Source of the DNA: Myxococcota bacterium
GTDB taxonomy: Bacteria; Myxococcota_A; UBA9042; PHBI01; JAWLBL01
Assembly: GCA_041687695.1 (NCBI GenBank)
Contig: JAWLBL010000017.1
Coordinates: forward strand, 119,383 to 183,382
Length of the DNA: 64,000 nt
Reading direction: 5' to 3'
A model generated the notes under the pieces. It was not told where the DNA came from, did no database searches, and saw only the letters and a list, made by a program, of their open reading frames with translations. The translations under genes and the position numbers were made by a program. Below, one piece after another: positions 18,719 through 26,560 of this stretch (position 1 is its first letter; each line of letters opens with the position of its first letter).

Positions 18719-20622
18719 GCACCGCCCCCGCCGAGCCCGACCTGCGCCAGACCCTCGCGCGCGTCTGGGCCAATAAGCCCGGCCTCGTGGGCGCCCTCGG
18801 CCAGGTCAACCACAAGACCATCGGCGTCCGCTACATGGTCACCGCGCTCGCCTTCTTCGTCGTCGGCGGCCTCGAGGCCCTCGTCATCCGCGCGCAGCTG
18901 GCCTCGCCCAACGCCGGCCTCGTCTCGCCCGAGCTGTACAACCAGCTCTTCACCATGCACGGCTCGACCATGATGTTCCTGTTCGTCGTGCCGTTCCTCG
19001 AGGGCCTCGCCATCTACCTGGTCCCGCTGATGATCGGCACGCGCGACATGGCCTTCCCGCGCCTGAACGCCTTCGGCTACTGGGTCTATCTGTTCGCCGG
19101 CCTGGCGCTCCACGTCGGATTGCTCGCCGGCGTCGCCCCCGACGCGGGCTGGTTCAACTACCCGCCGCTCAGCGGCCCCGGCTACTCGCTCGGCCCGCAC
19201 ATCGACTACTGGGTCGCCACCATCACCCTGCTCGAGGTCGCCGCCCTCGCCGCCGCCGTCGAGCTCATCGTGACCATCCTGCGCCAACGCGCGCCGGGCA
19301 TGACCCTCAGCCGCATGCCGCTGTTCGTCTGGAGCGCCCTGGTCATGGCGTTCATGATCGTCTTCGCCATGCCTCCGCTGGTCGTCACCAGCCTCTTTCT
19401 GGGCCTCGACCGCTTCGCGGGCATGCACTTCTTCAACGTCGCCGCCGGCGGCGAGCCGCTCCTGTGGCAGCACCTCTTCTGGTTCTTCGGCCACCCCGAC
19501 GTCTACATCATGCTGGTGCCCGTCCAGGGCGCCGTGTCGATGATCGTCCCCGCCTTCGCCCGCCGCCCCCTGGCCGGCTACCGCTGGGCCGTCCTGTCGC
19601 TGGTCGCCATCGGCTTCGTCAGCTTCGGGCTGTGGGTCCACCACATGTACGCCGCCGGCCTGCCCGTCCTCGGCACCAGCTTCTTCGCCGGCGCCAGCAT
19701 GATGATCACCATCCCCAGCGCCGTGCTCATCTTCGCCTGGATCCTCACCCTCTGGCGCGGCCGCCTCCGCCTCGAGCTGCCGCTGCTGTTCGTCATCGGC
19801 TTCTTGGTCCTGCTCATCCTGGGCGGCATCACGGGCATCATGCTCGCCTCGCAGCCCTTCGACACGCAGGTCCACGACACCTACTTCGTCGTCGCCCACT
19901 TCCACTACGTCCTGTTCGGCGGCGTCGTCTTCCCCATCTTCGCCGCCATCTACTACTGGTTCCCCAAGGTGACCGGCCGGATGCTCGGCAAGCGCCTCGG
20001 TCACGCGCACTTCTGGCTGTTCCTCGTCGGTTTCAAGATCACCTTCTTCCCGATGCACCTGCTCGGCTTCGACGGCATGCCCCGGCGCGTCTACACCTAC
20101 CTGCCGGGCCTGGGCTGGGAGTCCAACAACCTCCTCGCCACCATCGGCGCCTTCATCCTCGCCCTCGGCGCCCTGGCCTTCACCATCAACTTCTTCGCCA
20201 GCCTCCTCGGCGGCCGCCGCGCCGGCGACGACCCCTGGCAGGCCGGCACCCTCGAGTGGGCCACCGCCTCTCCCCCGCCGATCTACAACTTCGCCGCCCT
20301 CCCCGCGGTCGACGACCTCGAGCCCCGCTGGACCGAGGGCCCCGATCCACGCCCGCGCCCCGTCGCCTCCGTCGCCTTCGACGCCCCCGGCGACGTCCGC
20401 CGCGAGGTCCTGGCCACCACCGCCCTCGACGCCCGCCCCGAGCACCGCGTCCCCCTGCCGGCCAGCTCCCTGTGGCCCCTCGCGCTCGCCGCCAGCGTCA
20501 CCCTGGCCTTCGTCGGCGCGATGACCCACCTCGGCCTCGTGGTCGTCGGCGCCGCCCTCTCCGCCCTCGCCCTCGTCGGCTGGTTCCGCCAGGCGAACCC
20601 CGCCCCGGAGGCCCCCCGATGA
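18715..20622 (+). CDS. ctaD: Cytochrome c oxidase subunit I (family A-like, atypical channels)
   Basis: TMHG, WFFGHPDVY, WVHHM, VAHFHYV, GMPRRV; two extra C-terminal TM helices; ATGA overlap. Confidence 0.97.
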   Translation: MSTAPAEPDLRQTLARVWANKPGLVGALGQVNHKTIGVRYMVTALAFFVVGGLEALVIRAQLASPNAGLVSPELYNQLFTMHGSTMMFLFVVPFLEGLAIYLVPLMIGTRDMAFPRLNAFGYWVYLFAGLALHVGLLAGVAPDAGWFNYPPLSGPGYSLGPHIDYWVATITLLEVAALAAAVELIVTILRQRAPGMTLSRMPLFVWSALVMAFMIVFAMPPLVVTSLFLGLDRFAGMHFFNVAAGGEPLLWQHLFWFFGHPDVYIMLVPVQGAVSMIVPAFARRPLAGYRWAVLSLVAIGFVSFGLWVHHMYAAGLPVLGTSFFAGASMMITIPSAVLIFAWILTLWRGRLRLELPLLFVIGFLVLLILGGITGIMLASQPFDTQVHDTYFVVAHFHYVLFGGVVFPIFAAIYYWFPKVTGRMLGKRLGHAHFWLFLVGFKITFFPMHLLGFDGMPRRVYTYLPGLGWESNNLLATIGAFILALGALAFTINFFASLLGGRRAGDDPWQAGTLEWATASPPPIYNFAALPAVDDLEPRWTEGPDPRPRPVASVAFDAPGDVRREVLATTALDARPEHRVPLPASSLWPLALAASVTLAFVGAMTHLGLVVVGAALSALALVGWFRQANPAPEAPR

Positions 20623-21251
20623 CCTCGCCGCCCCTCGATCTCACGGCCTTGCCGCGCGGCGCCCGCGGCGCCCGCGCCTTCGCCGTGTGGGGCGTAGCGC
20701 TCCTCGTCGCCATCGAGCTCACCGTCGTCGCCTCGATGATCACCAGCTACTTCTACCTGCGCGTGACGACCTCCGGCCCCTGGCCGCCCCCGGGCATCGC
20801 GCCGCCGGACCCCACCCTCGCCACGCTCGCGCTCGCCTCGCTGCTCGCCAGCCTCGTCCCCCTGCACCTCACCCTCCGCGCCCTCCGCCAAGGCACCCCG
20901 GCTCGCCTCCGCCCGACGCTCGCCACCGGCCTCGCGCTCGCAGCCGGATACGTCGTCCTCAGCGCCCTCGACCTCGCCAAGAAGCCTCACGACTGGACCG
21001 TCAACGCCTACACCTCCATCGAGTGGACCCTGTCGGGCTACCAGCTCTTCCACGTCATCGCCCTGACCGGTCTGCTCGCGGCCTTGACCGTCGCCGCCCT
21101 GCGCGGCCGCTTCGACCGCCTCGACCCCACCGACCTCGCCATCGTCGACGGCGCCCTCCTTTACTGGGCCTTCGTCGCCGCCGCCGCCGTCCCGGCCTGG
21201 GCCACCCTGTACCTGTCGCCCCGCCTGCTCGGCGCCGACGGAGGCGGCTGA
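20619..21251 (+). CDS. ctaE: Heme-copper oxidase subunit III
   Basis: WGVALLVAIE...SYFYLR...WPPPG, NAYTSIEW, LYWAFV; ATGA overlap with subunit I. Confidence 0.85.
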   Translation: MTSPPLDLTALPRGARGARAFAVWGVALLVAIELTVVASMITSYFYLRVTTSGPWPPPGIAPPDPTLATLALASLLASLVPLHLTLRALRQGTPARLRPTLATGLALAAGYVVLSALDLAKKPHDWTVNAYTSIEWTLSGYQLFHVIALTGLLAALTVAALRGRFDRLDPTDLAIVDGALLYWAFVAAAAVPAWATLYLSPRLLGADGGG

Positions 21252-21252
21252 C

Positions 21253-22533
21253 ATGGCCACGCCCGCGGTCCGCCTCACCCTGGTCGCGCTGCTCGGCCCC
21301 CCGGTCGCCTGGCTGGCCCACCTGCTCGCCAGCTACGCGCTGGTCCCCGCCGTCTGCCAGGGCGCCACCGTCCTTTGGCTCCACGTGGTCACGGCGCTCG
21401 CCCTCGCCGCGACCCTCGGCGCGGCCCTCGCCTCACGACGCCTCGCCCGCCGCGCCCCCACGCTGGCCGAGCCCGCCGCCGGCCGCGCCCGCTTCTTCGC
21501 CCGCGCCGGCCTGGTCCAGAGCGCCTTCTTCGCCCTCGTCATCCTGGCCGAGGCCCTCTACACCTTCATCGGCGACCCCTGCGCCTTCGTCTTCGGCCCC
21601 CTCGCGCTCGCGGCCCTCCTGGCCCGCCTGCTCGCCCCCGCCGCCCACGCCGCCGTCGGCGGCCCGCCGCTCACCCCCGACCAGCTCGCGACCGCCTGGA
21701 ACCCCGACCCGCTGGTCTGGGCCTCCCTCGCCGCCCTGACCCTCGCCTACGCGGCCGGCCTCGTCCGCCTCCGCCGCCGCGCGCCGCGACTCGCCGCCCT
21801 CGCGCGCCCCCGCCAGCTCGCCTTCGCCCTGGCCCTCCTCGCGCTCCTCACCGCGCTGGCCTCCCCCCTCGACGCCCTCGGCGAGGCGCTCTTCTCGGCC
21901 CACATGGCCCAGCACCTGCTCCTCACCGCCGTCGCCGCGCCGCTGCTGGTCCTGTCCCGCGCGCCGCTCGCCGCCCTCTGGGCCCTGCCGCGCGCCGTCC
22001 GCCACGCCCTCGCCCGCCTCCTCCGCGCCCGCCCGACCCGCGCCGCCTGGGCGCTGATCACGACCCCCGCCGTCGCCTGGCTGGTCCACGTCGGCGTGCT
22101 GTGGCTCTGGCACGCGCCCCCGCTCTACGAGGGCGCCCTCGTCAGCGCGCCCCTGCACCTCATCGAGCACGCCAGCTTCCTCGGCTCGGCCGCCCTGTTC
22201 TGGTGGGTCGTCGTCCGCCGCGCCGGCTCCCCCCGCCTCCCGCACGGCCTCGCCCTCCTCTGGGTCTTCGCCGCCGCCGTCCAGGCCAGCCTCCTCGGCG
22301 TCCTCATCACCTTCTCGCGCGCCCCCTGGTACCCGGTCCACGCCGCCGGCGCCCAGGCCTTCGGCCTCAGCCCCCTGGCCGACCAGCAGCTCGCGGGGCT
22401 CGCCATGTGGGTCCCGGGCGGCCTCACCTACCTCGCCGCCGCCCTCCTGCTCCTCCGCGCCGGGCTGGCCGCCGCCGACCGCGCCCCCGCGCCCTCGGTG
22501 CGCCACCTCCTCGCCCCCCCGCACGAGGTCTGA
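21253..22533 (+). CDS. ctaG: caa3-type CtaG assembly factor with extra N-terminal membrane domain
   Basis: SPLD...LFSAHMAQHLLL, WLWHAPPLYE, HLIEH, DQQLAGLAMWVPG. Confidence 0.9.
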   Translation: MATPAVRLTLVALLGPPVAWLAHLLASYALVPAVCQGATVLWLHVVTALALAATLGAALASRRLARRAPTLAEPAAGRARFFARAGLVQSAFFALVILAEALYTFIGDPCAFVFGPLALAALLARLLAPAAHAAVGGPPLTPDQLATAWNPDPLVWASLAALTLAYAAGLVRLRRRAPRLAALARPRQLAFALALLALLTALASPLDALGEALFSAHMAQHLLLTAVAAPLLVLSRAPLAALWALPRAVRHALARLLRARPTRAAWALITTPAVAWLVHVGVLWLWHAPPLYEGALVSAPLHLIEHASFLGSAALFWWVVVRRAGSPRLPHGLALLWVFAAAVQASLLGVLITFSRAPWYPVHAAGAQAFGLSPLADQQLAGLAMWVPGGLTYLAAALLLLRAGLAAADRAPAPSVRHLLAPPHEV

Positions 22534-22535
22534 TC

Positions 22536-22940
22536 ATGCCTCGCTCGCCCCGCCACCCGACGCTCGCGCTGGCCGCCTTCGGCCTGTTCTCCGCCGCGGC
22601 CGGGGCCCCCGCCTGCGTCGACCGAGAGGACGCCCCCGCCCGCCAGGTCGCCGACGGCGATCTCGAACGCGGCCGCCTCGCCCTCGAGCGCTACGGCTGC
22701 GGCGGCTGCCACCAGATCCCGGGCGTTCCCCGCGCCGTCAGCTGGGTCGCGCCGCCGCTGATGGCCTACGCCGAGCGCGGCTTCGTCGCAGGCGTCATGG
22801 CCAACAACGCCGACAACCTCATCGCCTGGATCATGGACCCGCCCGCCGTCGACCCGCTCACCGCCATGCCCAACCTGGGCGTGACCCGCGAGGACGCCCG
22901 CGACATGGCCGCCTACCTCTACTCGCTGAGAGGGCAGTGA
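22536..22940 (+). CDS. Monoheme cytochrome c, exported
   Basis: Signal or lipoprotein N-terminus; YGCGGCHQIPG...TAMPNLG. Confidence 0.9.
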   Translation: MPRSPRHPTLALAAFGLFSAAAGAPACVDREDAPARQVADGDLERGRLALERYGCGGCHQIPGVPRAVSWVAPPLMAYAERGFVAGVMANNADNLIAWIMDPPAVDPLTAMPNLGVTREDARDMAAYLYSLRGQ

Positions 22941-22941
22941 C

Positions 22942-23379
22942 GTGCTCAGGTCCCTCCCGCCGCTCGCCGCCCTGACCCTGCCGCTCCTCGCCTGTCAACC
23001 CGAGCCCCCGGCCGCCGAGGCGGCGCCCGCGCCCGCCTCCAGGTCCGGCCTCGAAGCGACCGGAGAGGCCGGCCACTACCGCTTCGTCGTCACCCTCCAG
23101 CCGACCCAGCCGGCCGTCGGAGCGCTCTTCGGCGCGGTCACCACGGTCACCGACGCCGCGACGGGCGCGCCGGTCGACGGCCTGGACGTCCGCCTCGACG
23201 CGACCATGCCCGACCACGGCCATGGGATGCTGACCCGCCCCGAGCACCTCCCGCTCGGCCAGGGGCGCTACGAGACGCGTGGCCTCAAGCTGCACATGCC
23301 GGGCGCCTGGGTGTTCGAGGCGCGGGTCGCCGGCCCCCGCGCCGACCGCGTCCGCCTCCCCTGGGAGCAGCCGCCATGA
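22942..23379 (+). CDS. YtkA/FixH-like lipoprotein
   Basis: Lipobox LLAC; DATMPDHGHGM...LHMPGAW motif. Confidence 0.8.
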   Translation: MLRSLPPLAALTLPLLACQPEPPAAEAAPAPASRSGLEATGEAGHYRFVVTLQPTQPAVGALFGAVTTVTDAATGAPVDGLDVRLDATMPDHGHGMLTRPEHLPLGQGRYETRGLKLHMPGAWVFEARVAGPRADRVRLPWEQPP

Positions 23380-24578
23380 GAGCCGCCGCCGCGCTCGCTG
23401 TCGCGCTGGCCACGCTCTGGGCCTGCGCGCGCTCCGAGCCCGCGCCCGGCGACCCCGGCGCCTCCTGGTCCGAGGCCGAGCGCGCGCTCATCCTCAGCCT
23501 CTCGCCCCTGCCGCCGCCGCCGCCCAGCCCCACCAACCCGTTCGCCGACGACCCCCGCGCCGCCGCGCTCGGCCATCGCCTCTTCTTCGACCCGGCCCTG
23601 AGCCGCAGCGGCGCGGTGTCGTGCGCGACCTGCCACGACCCGGCGCGCGCCTTCACCGACGGTCGCCCCCGCGCCGTCGGCGAGGGCCACCACCCGCGCA
23701 ACACCCCGACCCTGCTGGGGGCGCCCTGGCTGCCCTTCCTGACCGCCGACGGCGCGCGGGACAGCCTGTGGGCGCAGGCGCTGGGGCCCCTCGAGGGCGC
23801 CGCCGAGCACGGTCTGGACCGCAGGCGCGTCCTCGAGGTCGTCCAGGCCCGCCACCGCCTCGCGTGGGAGGCCGCGTTCGGCCCGTGGCCCGCGCTCGAC
23901 GAGCCGGCGGCGGTCGATGGCGCCTTCGTGCGGGTCGGCCAGGCCCTCGAGGCCTACCAACGCCGGCTGACCTTGGCGCCGGCCCCCTTCGATCGCTTCG
24001 TCGCCGCGGTCCGCGCCGGCGACCCGACCGGCGGCGGCCACCTCGACCCCGCGGCCCGCCGGGGCCTGCGCGCCTTCCTGGGCGAGGGCCGCTGCGTCAC
24101 CTGCCACCACGGCCCCTGGCTGACCGACGGCGCCTTTCACAACCTGGGTCTGCCGGCCGTCCTGGGCCTGCCGACCGCCGATCCGGGCCGCGCCGCGGGT
24201 GTCCACGCCGTCCTGGCCGATCCCTTCCGCTGCGGCGGACCCCACGCGGCCTCGGCGGCCTGCGACGAGCTGCGCTACCTGGCGACCGATCTCCCCGAGC
24301 TGCTCGGCGCCTTCAAGACCCCGACCCTGCGCAACGTCGCCGACACGGCCCCCTACATGCACACGGGCCAGCTCGCGACGCTCGAGGACGTCGTCCACTT
24401 CTATCGCACCTTGCCTGGCCCGCCGTCCGTCGACCGCCGCTCGCCGCTGCTCGCGCCGCTGCCTCGCGGCGTCCGCGCGTCCGATCTGCTGGCCCTGCTC
24501 AGCGCGCTCTCGTCGCCACCCATCGACGACCCCTGGGCCCGCCCGCCGCACGGCACCGCGCCGGCCTCCACGCCCTGA
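23376..24578 (+). CDS. Di-heme cytochrome c peroxidase (bCCP/MauG family) lipoprotein
   Basis: LGHRLFFDPALS, CATCH, RNTPTL, CVTCH, FKTPTLRNVADTAPYMHTG. Confidence 0.92.
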   Translation: MRAAAALAVALATLWACARSEPAPGDPGASWSEAERALILSLSPLPPPPPSPTNPFADDPRAAALGHRLFFDPALSRSGAVSCATCHDPARAFTDGRPRAVGEGHHPRNTPTLLGAPWLPFLTADGARDSLWAQALGPLEGAAEHGLDRRRVLEVVQARHRLAWEAAFGPWPALDEPAAVDGAFVRVGQALEAYQRRLTLAPAPFDRFVAAVRAGDPTGGGHLDPAARRGLRAFLGEGRCVTCHHGPWLTDGAFHNLGLPAVLGLPTADPGRAAGVHAVLADPFRCGGPHAASAACDELRYLATDLPELLGAFKTPTLRNVADTAPYMHTGQLATLEDVVHFYRTLPGPPSVDRRSPLLAPLPRGVRASDLLALLSALSSPPIDDPWARPPHGTAPASTP

Positions 24579-24641
24579 GCGACGGCGCCATGCGTCCGGA
24601 GGCGTGGTTGTCGCGATGGGGTAAGTGCCCAACTTTGCAGC

Positions 24642-25778
24642 ATGTCTCCCCATGCGCCACCCGCGCCGCCAGCGCCCGGTGACGGTCGCCGCTTCGCGCG
24701 CCGGCTCGGCGCGACGATCCTCGCGGTCGCCGCCGCGATCGTGCTCATGTTCGCGCTGTGGCGCGTGGTGCACGTCCTGCTGGTCGCCTTCGCGGGCGTC
24801 CTCGTCGGCATCCTGCTCGACGGCGTGACGCGCTTTCTCTGTCGCCACACGACCCTGACGCGGCCGCTCGCCTTCGGGTTGGTCGTCGCGCTCCTGACCG
24901 GCCTGAGCGTCGGCTTCGGCCTGTGGGTGGCGCCCGACATCGCGGACCAGCTGACGCAGCTGCGTCGTCAGATCCCCGAGGCCATCGCCGCCGTGCGCGG
25001 CTGGGTGCGCGATCAGGGCTGGCTGTCGGTGGTCCGAGACGCCGAGCTGTCCGAGGAGATGCTGACCAACGGCATCGGCCTCGAGGGCCTGTCCGGCGTC
25101 TTCACGACCGTGTTCGGGCTGCTGGGCAACATCCTCCTGGCCCTCTTCATCGGCGTGGTCACGGCGGCGCGTCCCGGCCTCTACATCGATCCGCTCGTGC
25201 GGCTGCTCCCGCACGCGCGCCGCGACGACGCGCGCGAGGTCATCGGCTCGGTCGGTCAGGCGATGCGCCAGTGGCTCATCGGGCGGATGGTCTCCATGAC
25301 GATCATCGCCGTCGGCACCTCGATAGGCTTCCTCATCATCGGCCTGCCGCTGTGGCTGGCGCTGGGCTTTCTGGCCGGCCTGCTCGAGTTCATCCCGTAT
25401 GTTGGACCCGCCTTGGCCTTCGTCCCGGCGGTCCTCATCGGTCTGCTGCAGGATCCGACCACCGGCCTGCACGTCGCGCTGCTCTTCATGGCCGTGCAGT
25501 TCGCCGAGAGCTACCTCATCACCCCGTTCGTCGAGCAGTACGTCGTGTCGATCCCGGCCGCGCTGCTGGTCACCGTGCAGGCCTGCATGGCCATCCTCGC
25601 GGGGCTGGTCGGCGTCCTGCTGGCGACCCCCATGACCGTCCTGGTGGTGGTGCTGGTGCAAACGCTCTACATCCGCCGCGTCCTGGGCGACGACGTAGAG
25701 ATCGCTGGCGCCTCGGGACAACCCGACGAACACCCGGCCCGGGACCGCCCCCCCGACGGCACCCCCGAGCCCGCCTGA
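24642..25778 (+). CDS. AI-2E family transporter
   Basis: Multi-TM; LAGLLEFIPYVGP, QFAESYLITP, GLVGVLLATP. Confidence 0.92.
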   Translation: MSPHAPPAPPAPGDGRRFARRLGATILAVAAAIVLMFALWRVVHVLLVAFAGVLVGILLDGVTRFLCRHTTLTRPLAFGLVVALLTGLSVGFGLWVAPDIADQLTQLRRQIPEAIAAVRGWVRDQGWLSVVRDAELSEEMLTNGIGLEGLSGVFTTVFGLLGNILLALFIGVVTAARPGLYIDPLVRLLPHARRDDAREVIGSVGQAMRQWLIGRMVSMTIIAVGTSIGFLIIGLPLWLALGFLAGLLEFIPYVGPALAFVPAVLIGLLQDPTTGLHVALLFMAVQFAESYLITPFVEQYVVSIPAALLVTVQACMAILAGLVGVLLATPMTVLVVVLVQTLYIRRVLGDDVEIAGASGQPDEHPARDRPPDGTPEPA

Positions 25779-25833
25779 TGCGTGGAACCGATCGCCCCCC
25801 ACGGGGGAGGTCCCAGCTTGCGAGGAGAACGAC

Positions 25834-26511
25834 ATGGTCGCGACACCCCCGAGAGAGAGGACGCGCGGACCCTGGTGGTCCTGGCCGCTCGCGCTCACCG
25901 CGGCCGCCCTGCTGGTCGTCCTGACGGGCTGGCTGGTCACCCGCGGCGCCCTCGATCCCATCCCGGCCGGCCTGGCGCCGACCAGCGAAGGGGCCCCCGA
26001 TCCGGCGACCCAACCGCGCCTGCAGGCGCCCGACCCGGCCGCGCCAGCGGGCACGCCCGCGGCTCGCCAGCACACGCCCCTTGGCTTCCGGACGGACCCG
26101 GCGGCCGTGACGACCTCGCCGCCGCCGGCGCCGGTGGTGCTCCCGCCCGAGGCGGGGGGCGAGGCTCAGCAGCCGGGCGCGGCCCCGACGGACGGCCAGG
26201 TCGTCACCGATCCAGCCGCCCTGGCGAACGGTCAGAGCCAGGCCCTGGTCGGCCGCCCGGTCCTGCTGTCGGACGCGCGCGTGGTCGAGCGCATGGGGCC
26301 GCGCGTGGTGCGGGTGCGGCTGGCCGACGCCCCGGCGCGCGAGGCGGCGACCGCCGTGGTGGTCCTGCCGACGCGGGCGCCGCAGCTGGAGATCGGCGAC
26401 GCCGTGCGCGTCCGGGGCAGCGTGCAGCACGTGCCGGCCGATCTCGCCGAGACGCGCGGGCTGCCCCAGGGGCTCGTCGTGCTGGCGACCGAGGTGCGGG
26501 CGGTCGACTGA
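25834..26511 (+). CDS. Hypothetical membrane-anchored protein
   Basis: N-terminal TM (PWWSWPLAL), Pro-rich linker, OB-like end (LEIGDAVRVRGSV); GAGGAG RBS. Confidence 0.65.
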   Translation: MVATPPRERTRGPWWSWPLALTAAALLVVLTGWLVTRGALDPIPAGLAPTSEGAPDPATQPRLQAPDPAAPAGTPAARQHTPLGFRTDPAAVTTSPPPAPVVLPPEAGGEAQQPGAAPTDGQVVTDPAALANGQSQALVGRPVLLSDARVVERMGPRVVRVRLADAPAREAATAVVVLPTRAPQLEIGDAVRVRGSVQHVPADLAETRGLPQGLVVLATEVRAVD

Positions 26512-26560
26512 CCCCCGGCGCGCGCGGCCGGAGGCGGGCCTCGGTCGCGCGCAGGAGCGC

